From an uncultured delta proteobacterium (GTDB lineage Bacteria > Myxococcota > Myxococcia > Myxococcales > Myxococcaceae): a stretch of 64,000 nucleotides of DNA. Where the stretch lies: NCBI GenBank assembly GCA_963776345.1, contig CAVZMH010000012.1, forward strand, positions 32,001-96,000, written 5' to 3'. Shown piece by piece: positions 32,807 through 43,120 of this stretch (position 1 is its first letter; each line of letters starts with the position of its first letter). Made by a program: the position numbers and the translations under genes. The notes under the pieces are model-generated. The model was given only the letters and a program-made list of their open reading frames with translations, did no database searches and had not been told where the DNA came from.

Positions 32807-34183
32807 GTGGTGGGCAAGTCAAAGAGGGCCTCCGGGGGCCGCTCCACCGCCCCGGAGCTCGCCTCGCAGGAAGAGCGCCGCCCGTTCCGTGTGCAGCAAC
32901 TGGTCCCGGTGTTCGGTCCGGACGGGCGCCATCCTCCACGGGTCACGCTCCGCCACACCGCGCTGGTGCTCGGACGCGAGCCCGAGGGGGACGGCGTCGC
33001 GCTCGACGACGCCGAGGCATCCCGTCGCCACGCGGTGGTGGAACCGTCCTCGGACGGCTGGACGGTCCGCGACCTCGGGAGCCACAATGGGACGTACGTC
33101 GACGGGCTGCGATGCGAGACCGGCGCGCTCCACCACGGCTCGGTGCTACGGCTCGGACGCTCCCTGGTGCTCTTCCTGGACCAGTGGGTCCTGCCCGGCG
33201 AGCTCCGCGTCCCTGAGACGTCGCTCAGGGGGATGAGCCTCCCGATGCAGCGGGTCCGCCGGGAGATCGCGCAGGTCGCGCCCACCACGGTCCCGGTCCT
33301 GGTGCTCGGCGAGACCGGGGTGGGGAAGGAGCTGGTCGCCCGGGAGATTCACCGGCTGAGCCAGCGCACCGGTGAGCTGGTGGCGGTGAACTGCGCGGCC
33401 ATTCCTGCCTCGCTCGCCGAGGCCGAGCTCTTCGGACATCTGAGCGGTGCGTTCACCGGGGCGACGCAGAGCCGCGACGGGCTGATGGCAGCGGCGAACC
33501 GGGGCACGCTCTTCCTCGACGAGATCGGCGAGCTCCCGCCCGAGGTGCAGCCCAAGCTGCTCCGGGCGCTGGCCGAGGGCGAGGTCCGTCCGGTCGGCGG
33601 GACCGCCGTGCGGCGCGTCGACGCGCGGATCGTCTCGGCGACGCGCCGGCCGCTGGTGGAGGACGCGCGGAGCGAGGCCTTCCGCGCCGACCTCTATGCC
33701 CGGCTCGCGGGCTGGCGCCTGGAGATCCCCCCGCTGCGGGAGAGGAGGGAGGACATCCTCCCGCTGGCGACGCACTTCCTCGCCGCCGCCGGCTCCCGCC
33801 TCGGGCTCTCCACGCACGCCGCGGAGGCGCTCTTGCTCCACGGCTACCCCTTCAACGTCCGCGAGCTGGAGCAGGCGATGGCCGCATCGGCGGTCCGGGC
33901 CCAGGGCGAGCCGATGCTGCGCCGGAGCCACCTCCCGGCGGAGATCGCCACCGTTCTCGCCCCGCGCCCGGCGGCCAGCGACCCGGAGCCGAAGCGCCCG
34001 ACCCCCCTCGTGCCCGAGGCGCTGGTGCCGGCCACCGAGACACCGGACCGCGCCGCCCTGGTGCAGATCCTCGAGCACTTCCAGGGGAACGTGGAGCGGA
34101 CGGCGAGCTACTTCGGGAAGAACCGCAAGCAGATCTACCGCTGGCTCGAGGCGGAGGGCCTCGACCCGACGGACTTCCGCTGA
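32807..34183 (+). CDS. FHA-domain sigma54-dependent enhancer-binding protein
   Basis: LGR..SRRHA..DLGSHNGT (FHA); GETGVGKE, GAFTGA, LFLDEIG; C-terminal HTH; start uncertain. Confidence 0.92.
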   Translation: MVGKSKRASGGRSTAPELASQEERRPFRVQQLVPVFGPDGRHPPRVTLRHTALVLGREPEGDGVALDDAEASRRHAVVEPSSDGWTVRDLGSHNGTYVDGLRCETGALHHGSVLRLGRSLVLFLDQWVLPGELRVPETSLRGMSLPMQRVRREIAQVAPTTVPVLVLGETGVGKELVAREIHRLSQRTGELVAVNCAAIPASLAEAELFGHLSGAFTGATQSRDGLMAAANRGTLFLDEIGELPPEVQPKLLRALAEGEVRPVGGTAVRRVDARIVSATRRPLVEDARSEAFRADLYARLAGWRLEIPPLRERREDILPLATHFLAAAGSRLGLSTHAAEALLLHGYPFNVRELEQAMAASAVRAQGEPMLRRSHLPAEIATVLAPRPAASDPEPKRPTPLVPEALVPATETPDRAALVQILEHFQGNVERTASYFGKNRKQIYRWLEAEGLDPTDFR

Positions 34184-34186
34184 GCC

Positions 34187-34984
34187 GTGCGCATCGTCGA
34201 CGCTCACACCCACCTGCTTCCGGACCGGCTGGGCCGCGCCATCCGCGCCTACTTCACCCAGGCGATCCCCCCCGAGTCGTTCCCCTACGCGCCCGAGCCG
34301 GTCTCCGCGCGGGCCGCGCTGGCCGAGGCCGGAGTCGCCCGCTGCTGGTCACTGGCCTACGTCCGCCGCCCGGGGTCCGCCCAGGCGCTGAACCGCTGGA
34401 TGGCCGAGACGTGGGGGACGGACCCCCTGGTCGAGCCCGCCGGCACGGTGCACCCCGGCGACGACGTGGCCGCGGTGGTGGACGAGGCGCTCGGGCTCGA
34501 CCTCCGACTGTTCAAGCTTCACTGCGCGGTGGGCGGCTTCTCGCTCGACGACGAGCGGCTCGCTCCGCTCTGGGCACGGGTGTCGGACCGCGGCCTCCCG
34601 GTGGTGGTGCACCTCGGCCACTCGCCGGCCGGGCCCACCGAGGCGGACGAGCTGGAGACCCTCGACCGGGTGGCGACCGCCTGGCCCGAGGCGCGCATCG
34701 TCCTCGCCCACCTCGCCGCGCCCTCCGTCCACGAGGCGCTCGCCGTGCTCCGTCGACACCGCTCGCTCCACGCCGATCTGACCCCGGTGGTGTTCCATCC
34801 GGTCCCGGTGGGCCCGGGCGACCTCGCCGGGGTGACGGATAAGATCCTCTTTGGCTCGGACCTCCCGAGCCTGGGGATTCCTTTCGCCGCGGTGGTGGCC
34901 CACGTGCGCGGGCTCGGGCTCGGGCCCGACGAGGAGCAAGCGGTCTTCTCGGGAAACGCGGACCGCCTGGTCCCTCCCAGGTGA
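34187..34984 (+). CDS. Amidohydrolase family protein (Amidohydro_2)
   Basis: DAHTH, KLH, VVHLG, LAHL, FGSD. Confidence 0.87.
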   Translation: MRIVDAHTHLLPDRLGRAIRAYFTQAIPPESFPYAPEPVSARAALAEAGVARCWSLAYVRRPGSAQALNRWMAETWGTDPLVEPAGTVHPGDDVAAVVDEALGLDLRLFKLHCAVGGFSLDDERLAPLWARVSDRGLPVVVHLGHSPAGPTEADELETLDRVATAWPEARIVLAHLAAPSVHEALAVLRRHRSLHADLTPVVFHPVPVGPGDLAGVTDKILFGSDLPSLGIPFAAVVAHVRGLGLGPDEEQAVFSGNADRLVPPR

Positions 34985-35116
34985 GCGCACGGACGCGCGG
35001 TGTGACCCGTCCGCTCGATGAAGGACGTGCGCGCTGGGCTCCTCCCGGCGAGGCCAACCTCAACCCCGGCTTCAGGCGCCGATGACGGCAAACGAGGGAT
35101 CACCGCGACTTAGACA

Positions 35117-35145
35117 TTGAAGGTTGCGCCTCGGTTCCGTAAAAC
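35117..35145 (+). promoter_or_regulatory. Putative sigma70 promoter of the act-cox operon
   Basis: TTGAAG-N17-TAAAAC about 50 bp upstream of actA. Confidence 0.55.
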
Positions 35146-35193
35146 GCGCGCGCAAAGTCTGCGTCACCCCCCCCCCGATTGCCAGGCAACGAG

Positions 35194-35847
35194 ATGCCCC
35201 TCTTCCCACGCTGGACGAATACGGTCTCACGCCTCAGCGGCGTCATCCTGCTGGCGCTCCCCGCGGTCGCCATTGCCGGGCTGATGATCGTGGTCCGGTC
35301 GACCTGGGGGACCAAGCAGGACCGCGAGGTCGTCCAGCCCATCGAGTTCGACCACCGGCACCACGTGGGTGACGAGGGCATCGACTGCCGGTACTGCCAC
35401 TACACGGTGGAGAAGAGCCCGTACCCCGGCATGCCCTCGACCACCATCTGCATGAGCTGCCACGCGCAGGTGTGGAACAAGAGCCCGCTCCTGTCGCTGG
35501 TGCGGGAGCACTACTTCAAGGACCGGCCCATCCCCTGGAACTCGGTCCACAACCTCCCCGACTACGTCTACTTCAACCACGCGATCCACGTGAACAAGGG
35601 CGTGGGCTGCGTGACCTGCCACGGCCGGGTGGATCAGATGGCGCTGGTCAACCAGGCGGCGCCGCTCTCCATGGGCTGGTGCGTCGACTGCCACCGCAAC
35701 CCCGAGCCGCAGCTCCGTCCGGTGGAGTTCATCACCAGCATGACCTGGACACCGGATCCGTCGGTCGACCGGCAGCGCCTCGGGGCGCAGCTGGCCCAGC
35801 AGTACAACGTCCACACGCGGATCTCCTGCGACACATGCCACCGATGA
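35194..35847 (+). CDS. actA: Alternative complex III pentaheme cytochrome c
   Basis: N-terminal TM plus five CxxCH (CRYCH, CMSCH, CVTCH, CVDCH, CDTCH). Confidence 0.93.
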   Translation: MPLFPRWTNTVSRLSGVILLALPAVAIAGLMIVVRSTWGTKQDREVVQPIEFDHRHHVGDEGIDCRYCHYTVEKSPYPGMPSTTICMSCHAQVWNKSPLLSLVREHYFKDRPIPWNSVHNLPDYVYFNHAIHVNKGVGCVTCHGRVDQMALVNQAAPLSMGWCVDCHRNPEPQLRPVEFITSMTWTPDPSVDRQRLGAQLAQQYNVHTRISCDTCHR

Positions 35848-38800
35848 CCACTCCCCGGTTCCCGCTGCCCGTGCTCGGCACCAGCGTCCGGCCCGAGCCC
35901 ACGGCCGTCGAGCTCCCGGACGAGGCGAGCCTCGCCCCGGGACGCGAGCCCGGCTCCGAGCACGGCTATGGACGCACCTACTGGCGGAGCGTGGAGGAGG
36001 AGCTCCACGGCGAGGCCGCGCTGCCCCACCGCGACCAGGAGTTCCCGCCCGGCGCCTTCGACGCCCCGAAGGGCTTCGCCCGGCGCGACTTCCTCCAGCT
36101 GATGGGCGCCTCGGTGGCGCTGGCGGGGCTCACCGCCTGCACCGAGAAGCCGGTGGAGAAGATCCTCGCCTACACCAAGGCCCCGGACGGGATGGTCCCC
36201 GGCAACCCGCTGCACTACGCCACCGCGCTGATGCACGACGGGCTGGCGGCGGGCATCCTGGCCACGAGCTGGGAGGGCCGGCCGGTGAAGGTGGAGGGCA
36301 ACCCCACCCACCCGGTGTCCCGCGGCGCCACCGGTCCGCACGCCCAGGCCGAGCTGGCCACGCTCTACGATCCGTTCCGTGCCCGGGTGCTGAAGGAGCG
36401 CGGCGCCGGCCGGAGCTGGCGCGGGTTCCGCGAGGCGATGCGCCAGCGGTCGGCGGCCTGGGAGAAGGACGGCGGCGCGGGACTGCGGTTCCTCCTGGCC
36501 CCGAGCAGCTCGCTGCTCACGGCCTCGCTCCGGGACGCCGTCACCCAGCGCTTCCCCAAGGCGAGGTTCCACGCCTGGAGCGCCACCCCGCGGGACTCGG
36601 TCTACGAGGGGACGACGCTCGCCTTCGGCAAGGCGCTCGAGCCGCACCACGTCCTGGAGAAGGCCGACGTCATCCTCTCGCTGGACGCCGACTTCCTCGA
36701 GGCCCGGGCCGACACCGTCGACCAGAACCTCGGCTTCGCCAACCGCCGCGACCCCCAGCACCCGCAGGGCATGAACCGCCTCTACGTGGTCGAGCCCCGG
36801 TTCAGCATCACCGGCGGCATGGCCGACCACCGGCTGCGGCTCCGGAGCGCGGACATCGAGGGCTTCGCCCTCGCCCTGGCCGCCGAGCTGGGCAAGACGG
36901 TTCCCGCGCTCGCGGGCTACCGGAGCCCGGCCGGCATCAGCGGCGAGCGGGCGAAGTTCATCTCCGCCGTGGCGAAGGACCTGGCCGGGAGGCGCGGCAC
37001 CTCGCTGGTCATCGCCGGCGAGCGCCAGACCGCGGTCACCCATGCGGTCGCCCACGCCATCAACGCGGGCCTGGGGAACCTGGGCGCCACCGTCACCTTC
37101 ACCGAGCCGGCGGTGCTGGACACCGCCACCGGCCGCGCCGGCTGGCAGCCGCTGGTCGAGGAGCTCCGGGCGGGCAAGGTGGACACGCTGGTCATCACCG
37201 CCTGGAACCCGGTGTTCACCGCGCCGGGGGACGTGGACCTGGCGGGCTTCCTCAAGAAGGTCCCCAACGCCATCTACCTCGGCCTCCACGACGACGAGAC
37301 CTCCCGCGCCGTCAACTGGTTCCTCCCGGCCGCGCACCCCTTCGAGAGCTGGGGCGACGCGCGGAGCCGCGAGGGGACGCTGTCCATCGTCCAGCCGCTC
37401 ATCCAGCCGCTGTTCGGGGGAGTCTCCGAGGCCGAGCTGCTCGGCGCGTTCCTCACCGACGAGACCAAGCCGTACGACCGGCTCAAGGCGCTGCACGCCT
37501 CGCGGGCCAAGGGCGACTTCGACAGCGAGTGGGAGACCTGGCTGGCCAGCGGCGTGGTGCCCGGCACCGCCAGCGCCGCGGTCACGCCCACCCTCCAGGC
37601 CGACAAGGTGCGCGCGGCCATCGCGCAGTTCCGTCCGGCTCCGGGCGGCCTCGCGCTGGAGCTGGTGCACGACTACAAGATCCTCGACGGCCGCTATGCC
37701 CTGAACAGCTGGCTCCAGGAGCTGCCGGACCCGATCACCAAGATGACCTGGGACAACGTCGCCCAGGTCGGGCCGGGGCTGGCGAAGGCGATGGGCATCG
37801 AGAACGGAGATCTCTTGCTGCTCACCCTCTCCGGCCGCTCGGTGCAGGTGCCGGCGTGGGTGCAGCCCGGCCACTCCGACGAGGCGGTCACCGTCTCCAT
37901 CGGCTACGGCCGGAAGCAGCAGACCCTCGGGGTGAAGGACGCCGACGAGCCGGTGGTGGTGGGCCACGACGTCTACCCGCTGCGGAGCGCGGCCCGCCCC
38001 TGGTTCGCCACCGGTCTGGAGGTGAAGAAGGTCGGCCGGAGCTACCCGCTGAGCCACACCCAGGTGCACAACAGCACCGAGGGCCGGCCCATCGCGCTGA
38101 TGCAGAGCATCGAGGAGTTCGAGAAGCACCCCGAGGCCCCCGAGCTCCGGCCCCCGGTGAAGCTCGCCGGCGGGAAGGAGCTGGAGGGAAGCACCCTCGC
38201 CTCGGTGCAGGTGGCGGTCGACTACTCCAAGCAGCAGTACAAGTGGGCCATGGCGGTGGACATGAGCCGCTGCACCGGGTGCAGCGCCTGCGTCGTCGCC
38301 TGCCAGGCCGAGAACAACATCCCAGTCGTGGGCAAGGTCCAGGTCGGCCGGGGCCGCGAGATGCACTGGATCCGCATGGACCGGTACTACTCGGGGCCGG
38401 CGGAGTCACCGGAGATGGTGAGCCAGCCCATGTTCTGCCAGCACTGCGAGACCGCGCCCTGCGAGTACGTGTGCCCGGTGAACGCCACCGTCCACTCGGA
38501 CGAGGGTCTGAACGACATGGTCTACAACCGGTGCATCGGCACCCGGTACTGCTCGAACAACTGCCCCTACAAGGTCCGGCACTTCAACTATCTGCACTGG
38601 ACGCAGGACAAGAGCCAGGTGGAGAAGATGCTGATGAACCCGGACGTCACGGTCCGGGCCCGCGGGGTGATGGAGAAGTGCACCTACTGCGTGCAGCGGA
38701 TCGAGCGGACCCGCATCGCCTCCCGGATCGAGAACCGGGCCATCGGTGACGGCGAGCTGAGGACCGCCTGTCAGCAAGTGTGCCCGACCAACGCGCTGAC

Positions 38801-38945
38801 CTTCGGCTCGCTGCACGATCCGAAGAGCAAGGTCAGCCAGCGCCACGCCGACCCGCGCCGCTTCGACGTGCTCCACGAGCTGAATACCCGGCCTCGAACC
38901 GTGTACCTGACCAAGATCAAGAACCCCAACCCGGAGCTGGGCTGA
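35844..38945 (+). CDS. actB: ACIII molybdopterin-oxidoreductase-like/Fe-S subunit
   Basis: YWRS, Tat RRDFLQ, EGRPVKVEGNP; Fe-S motifs CTGCSAC, CQHC..PC..VCP, CIGTRYCSNNCP, EKCTYC. Confidence 0.93.
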   Translation: MTTPRFPLPVLGTSVRPEPTAVELPDEASLAPGREPGSEHGYGRTYWRSVEEELHGEAALPHRDQEFPPGAFDAPKGFARRDFLQLMGASVALAGLTACTEKPVEKILAYTKAPDGMVPGNPLHYATALMHDGLAAGILATSWEGRPVKVEGNPTHPVSRGATGPHAQAELATLYDPFRARVLKERGAGRSWRGFREAMRQRSAAWEKDGGAGLRFLLAPSSSLLTASLRDAVTQRFPKARFHAWSATPRDSVYEGTTLAFGKALEPHHVLEKADVILSLDADFLEARADTVDQNLGFANRRDPQHPQGMNRLYVVEPRFSITGGMADHRLRLRSADIEGFALALAAELGKTVPALAGYRSPAGISGERAKFISAVAKDLAGRRGTSLVIAGERQTAVTHAVAHAINAGLGNLGATVTFTEPAVLDTATGRAGWQPLVEELRAGKVDTLVITAWNPVFTAPGDVDLAGFLKKVPNAIYLGLHDDETSRAVNWFLPAAHPFESWGDARSREGTLSIVQPLIQPLFGGVSEAELLGAFLTDETKPYDRLKALHASRAKGDFDSEWETWLASGVVPGTASAAVTPTLQADKVRAAIAQFRPAPGGLALELVHDYKILDGRYALNSWLQELPDPITKMTWDNVAQVGPGLAKAMGIENGDLLLLTLSGRSVQVPAWVQPGHSDEAVTVSIGYGRKQQTLGVKDADEPVVVGHDVYPLRSAARPWFATGLEVKKVGRSYPLSHTQVHNSTEGRPIALMQSIEEFEKHPEAPELRPPVKLAGGKELEGSTLASVQVAVDYSKQQYKWAMAVDMSRCTGCSACVVACQAENNIPVVGKVQVGRGREMHWIRMDRYYSGPAESPEMVSQPMFCQHCETAPCEYVCPVNATVHSDEGLNDMVYNRCIGTRYCSNNCPYKVRHFNYLHWTQDKSQVEKMLMNPDVTVRARGVMEKCTYCVQRIERTRIASRIENRAIGDGELRTACQQVCPTNALTFGSLHDPKSKVSQRHADPRRFDVLHELNTRPRTVYLTKIKNPNPELG

Positions 38946-40354
38946 TGGCCGCCGAACACGCCGCCGCGGCCGACGCCGCCGACTCGCTCGACACCGCGCC
39001 CCTGCTGCTGGGGAAGCAGGACAACACCACCCTCACCGGCAACCTCCTGGCGCACGTCTGGGCACGCCCGGACAAGGGCTGGCTGCTCGCCTTCCTCATC
39101 GCGCTCTCCGGGAGCGGGGCGCTGGCGCTGGCGATCACCGTCACCCTGGTGGAGGGCATCGGCGCCTGGGGGAACAACATCCCCGTCGGCTGGGCCTTCG
39201 ACATCACCAACTTCGTCTGGTGGATCGGCATCGGCCACGCCGGGACGCTGATCAGCGCGATCCTCTTCCTCTTCCAGCAGAGGTGGCGGACGGCCATCAA
39301 CCGCTTCAGCGAGGCGATGACCATCTTCGCCGTGATGTGCGCGGGCCTCTTCCCTTTATTGCATACGGGCCGGCCCTGGTTCGCCTACTTCATGTTCCCG
39401 TACCCGAGCACGCTGCAGATGTGGCCGCAGTTCAAGAGCCCGCTCATCTGGGACGTGTTCGCGGTGTCGACCTACTTCACCGTGTCGCTGCTCTTCTGGT
39501 ACCTGGGGCTCATCCCGGACCTGGCCTCGCTGCGCGACGCGAGCAAGAGCACCCTCCAGCGGAAGGTCTACGGCCTCTTCGCCCTCGGCTGGCGGGGCTC
39601 GGGACGCCACTGGCACAACTACAAGGTCGGGTATCTCCTGCTGGCCGGGCTCTCCACCCCGCTGGTGGTGAGCGTGCACACCATCGTGTCCTTCGACTTC
39701 GCGGTGTCGCTCATCCCGGGCTGGCACACCACCATCTTCCCGCCCTACTTCGTGGCCGGCGCGGTGTTCTCCGGCTTCGCCATGGTGATGTCCTGGATGG
39801 TGCCGGCCCGGCACTTCCTGGGCCTGAAGCACGTCATCACCATGAGGCACCTGGAAAACATGAACAAGATCATCCTCGCGACGGGGATGCTCGTGTCCTA
39901 CGGGTACCTGATGGAGCACTTCATCGCCTGGTACTCGGGGAACCAGTTCGAGTGGTTCGTGTTCTTCAACCGCGCCACCGGCCCGTACCGCGGCGTGTAT
40001 TACTTGATGCTGTTCTGCAACGTGCTCACCCCGCAGATCTTCTGGTTCAAGTGGGCCCGCACGTCGATCCCGGTGATGTTCATCGCCAGCATCCTGGTGA
40101 ACGTCGGGATGTGGTGCGAGCGGTTCGTGATCATCGTCACCTCGCTCCACCGCGACTTCCTGCCCGCCTCCTGGGACATGTACTACCCGACCTGGGTGGA
40201 CATCACCCTCCTCCTGGGGACCATCGGCTTCTTCAGCACGCTGTTCCTCCTCTTCCTCAAGTTCATCCCTGCCGTCGCGGTGAGCGAGGTGAAGGAGCTC
40301 AACGAGGAGCTCCAGCACCGCCCCGCGCCGATCACGGTGGTCACCGGAGCCTGA
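38945..40354 (+). CDS. actC: ACIII NrfD-like quinol-binding membrane subunit
   Basis: NFVWWIGIGHAGTLISA, HTGRPW, SPLIWDVFAV, WHTTIFPPYF. Confidence 0.93.
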   Translation: MAAEHAAAADAADSLDTAPLLLGKQDNTTLTGNLLAHVWARPDKGWLLAFLIALSGSGALALAITVTLVEGIGAWGNNIPVGWAFDITNFVWWIGIGHAGTLISAILFLFQQRWRTAINRFSEAMTIFAVMCAGLFPLLHTGRPWFAYFMFPYPSTLQMWPQFKSPLIWDVFAVSTYFTVSLLFWYLGLIPDLASLRDASKSTLQRKVYGLFALGWRGSGRHWHNYKVGYLLLAGLSTPLVVSVHTIVSFDFAVSLIPGWHTTIFPPYFVAGAVFSGFAMVMSWMVPARHFLGLKHVITMRHLENMNKIILATGMLVSYGYLMEHFIAWYSGNQFEWFVFFNRATGPYRGVYYLMLFCNVLTPQIFWFKWARTSIPVMFIASILVNVGMWCERFVIIVTSLHRDFLPASWDMYYPTWVDITLLLGTIGFFSTLFLLFLKFIPAVAVSEVKELNEELQHRPAPITVVTGA

Positions 40355-40357
40355 TCG

Positions 40358-40921
40358 ATGGAACACGCCGCGGAACACGCTGCACCGGTCGGCAAGACCT
40401 TCGTCCTCGGACGCTTCCCCACCGGCGAGGCGCTGGTGGACGCCTGCTACAAGGTCCGGGAGAAGGGCTTCGACGGGATCGACACCCACTCGCCGTACCC
40501 GCTGCACGGCGGTGACGAGGCGCTGGGGCTCGGCCAGAGCCGGGTTCCCCGCATCGCGCTCACCGGCGGGCTCACCGGGATGTTCGGCGGGTATCTGATG
40601 ATGGTCTACATGAACAGCATCAACTGGCCGCTCAACGTGGCCGGCCGCCCGGCGCACGCTCCACCCTCGTTCATCCCCATCACCTTCGAGACCACGGTGC
40701 TGCTCGCCTCGCTGAGCATCTTCTTCGGGCTGCTGGCCTTGATGCGGCTGCCCCAGCCGTACCACGCGGTCTTCGAGCACGAGGAGTTCCGCAGCGCGGT
40801 GAACGACGGCTTCTGGCTCAGCGTGGCGTTGCCCCCGGGCAGCGACGGCAAGGACGCCAGCGCGCTCCTCCAGCAGCTGGGGGCCAAGGAGATCAGCACC
40901 GTGCAGGAGTCGATGGAATGA
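40358..40921 (+). CDS. actD: ACIII DUF3341 subunit
   Basis: HSPYPLHG, WPLNVAGRP, FIPITFE. Confidence 0.9.
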   Translation: MEHAAEHAAPVGKTFVLGRFPTGEALVDACYKVREKGFDGIDTHSPYPLHGGDEALGLGQSRVPRIALTGGLTGMFGGYLMMVYMNSINWPLNVAGRPAHAPPSFIPITFETTVLLASLSIFFGLLALMRLPQPYHAVFEHEEFRSAVNDGFWLSVALPPGSDGKDASALLQQLGAKEISTVQESME

Positions 40922-41520
40922 GACCGGTCCTCTTCCTCCTCGGTCTGGGCGTGCTCTCCGGCTGCAGCTGTGCCGGGACGCGGGCCAGCGACGTGCTCCA
41001 GCGCATGGAGAGCCAGGACAAGATCCTGCCCTACAGCGCCAACGAGCTCTTCGCCGACGGGCGCGGGATGCGCACCCCGCCCGAGGGCACCATCTCCCGC
41101 GAGGCGGTGGTGGGCGCCCCGGGCATCAGCACCGGCATGGTGAACGGCCAGCTGGTCACGCAGATCCCCATCCCGGTCACCGCCGAGCTCCTGGCCCGCG
41201 GCCGCCACCGCTACGAGATCGTCTGCTCCAACTGCCACGGCCTGGTGGGCAACGGGGACAGCATGGTGGCGGACAACATGGCCACCCGGCTCCCACCCTC
41301 GCTGGTGGCGCTCGCTTTCCGCCCGGCGGGCTTCTTCTACCAGGCCATCACCCAGGGCTACGGGCTGATGCCCTCGTTCTCTGGGGAGATTCCCACCGAC
41401 GAGCGCTGGGCGGTGGTGGCCTACGTGCAGGCGCTGCAGCTCAGCCAGAACGCGCCGGTCAACACGCTGCCCGCAGACGTGCAGCGCCGGCTCCGGGAGG
41501 GGCAGACATGGTCGAGGTAG
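40918..41520 (+). CDS. actE: ACIII monoheme cytochrome c lipoprotein
   Basis: LSGC lipobox, CSNCH, LMPSF, RWAVVAYV. Confidence 0.9.
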   Translation: MRPVLFLLGLGVLSGCSCAGTRASDVLQRMESQDKILPYSANELFADGRGMRTPPEGTISREAVVGAPGISTGMVNGQLVTQIPIPVTAELLARGRHRYEIVCSNCHGLVGNGDSMVADNMATRLPPSLVALAFRPAGFFYQAITQGYGLMPSFSGEIPTDERWAVVAYVQALQLSQNAPVNTLPADVQRRLREGQTWSR

Positions 41521-42725
41521 GGCCCACCACCATCACCCAGGACCGGCTGAAGGCCGGCGGGCGGACCTTCACCCTCGCCGCCGGGCTCGGTGTCGCGGGC
41601 CTGGTCGCCACCGCCATCGGCTACGCGGTGGGCGGCGCCGAGCGTCCGGTCATCCTCGCCGGCTACCTGGTGGCCTTCGCCTACTGGCTGGGCATCGCCA
41701 TCGCGGCGAGCATCTGGAACGCCATCTTCCATGCCTCGGCCGCGCGGTGGATGACCGTCTTCCGGCGGGTCTTCGAGTCGATGGGCGCGGCGATCCCGGT
41801 CTTCGTCGTCCTCTTCCTGCCCATCGCCCTGGGGATGCCGGTGCTGTTCCCCTGGGTGAATCCGTCGAACAAGATGAGCCACGAGCAGCTGGAGCTGCTC
41901 ACCCACAAGGCGGCCTGGCTGAACGTGCCCGGGTTCCTGGTGCGGGCGGTCATCTACTTCGCCATCTGGGTGGTGGTGAACCAGCTGCTCCGTGGCTGGT
42001 CGCTGCGCCAGGATGCCGAGGGCGGCCTCGAGCCGACCAAGCGCATGCGCCGCTACGGCTCGGGCGCGCTGCCGTTCCTCGGGCTGTCGATCACCTTCGC
42101 CGGGTTCGACTGGCTGATGTCGGTGGACCCGTTCTGGTTCTCCACCATCTTCGGCGCGTACTACTTCGCGGGCAGCTTCCTCTCCTGCATCGCGCTCCTG
42201 ACGGTCATCGCCGTCCGGACCCGGAACGAGCAGCGGCAGTTCGGCGGGCTGGTCACCCGGCACCACACCCACAACCTGGGCAAGCTGATGCTGGCCTTCA
42301 CCGCCTTCTGGACCTACATCGCCTTCAGCCAGTTCATGCTCATCTGGATCGCCAACCTCCCCGAGGAGGCGGCCTGGTACGTGGTGCGGATGCGGGGCGG
42401 CTGGCAGGGCGTGGGCATCTTCCTGATCGTCACCCACTTCATCATCCCCTTCTTCACGCTCCTCTCCCGGGGCCTGAAGTTCAACCCCCGGGGCCTGGCC
42501 TTCGTGGCGGTGTGGATCCTGGTGGTCCACTGGGTCGACCTCACCTGGCTGGTGATGCCCGCGCTCCACCCCGAGGGCTTCTACGTCCACTGGACGGCCA
42601 TCCCCGCGATGATCGGCGTCGGGGGCGTGGCGATCGCCTTCGCCCGGTGGCGCGCCGCGGGCCACTTCACCCTCCCGGTCAAGGACCCGTACCTGACCGA
42701 CTCGCTGAGGTATTCGCAGGCATGA
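41508..42725 (+). CDS. actF: ACIII membrane subunit
   Basis: DWLMSVDPFWFSTIFG, FSQFMLIWIANLPEE; about 10 TM segments. Confidence 0.9.
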   Translation: MVEVGPTTITQDRLKAGGRTFTLAAGLGVAGLVATAIGYAVGGAERPVILAGYLVAFAYWLGIAIAASIWNAIFHASAARWMTVFRRVFESMGAAIPVFVVLFLPIALGMPVLFPWVNPSNKMSHEQLELLTHKAAWLNVPGFLVRAVIYFAIWVVVNQLLRGWSLRQDAEGGLEPTKRMRRYGSGALPFLGLSITFAGFDWLMSVDPFWFSTIFGAYYFAGSFLSCIALLTVIAVRTRNEQRQFGGLVTRHHTHNLGKLMLAFTAFWTYIAFSQFMLIWIANLPEEAAWYVVRMRGGWQGVGIFLIVTHFIIPFFTLLSRGLKFNPRGLAFVAVWILVVHWVDLTWLVMPALHPEGFYVHWTAIPAMIGVGGVAIAFARWRAAGHFTLPVKDPYLTDSLRYSQA

Positions 42726-43120
42726 GCACCACCGCACACAGCCAGCATCCACCGGGGGCGCACGACTCCTCCGAGCAGATGAACTGGGGCTGGATCATCG
42801 GCGTCGGCGCCGGGTCGATGATCATCTTCGCCCTGGCCACCGTCTGGTCGACGCACATCCTCAACTCCACCCGGGCCGAGCTCCAGCCGGGCGGCCCGCC
42901 CCCCTTGCCCAAGCAGGTGGACCAGTACGAGGTGGGCATCGTGAACCAGCGGGTGTTCTCGCTGGACCAGCGGGCGGCGCAGAAGCGGCTCCAGCAGATG
43001 GAGCGGCTCCGCAGCTATGGCTGGGTGGATCGCGAGACCGGCGTGGCGCACATCCCCGTCGACGAGGCGATGAAGATGTACCTCGCCGACCAGGCGAAGA
43101 AGGGCGGCCAGCAGAAGTGA
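42722..43120 (+). CDS. ActG-like small membrane subunit
   Basis: Single TM, YGWVDRETGVAHIPVDEAM; located between actF and sco. Confidence 0.75.
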   Translation: MSTTAHSQHPPGAHDSSEQMNWGWIIGVGAGSMIIFALATVWSTHILNSTRAELQPGGPPPLPKQVDQYEVGIVNQRVFSLDQRAAQKRLQQMERLRSYGWVDRETGVAHIPVDEAMKMYLADQAKKGGQQK

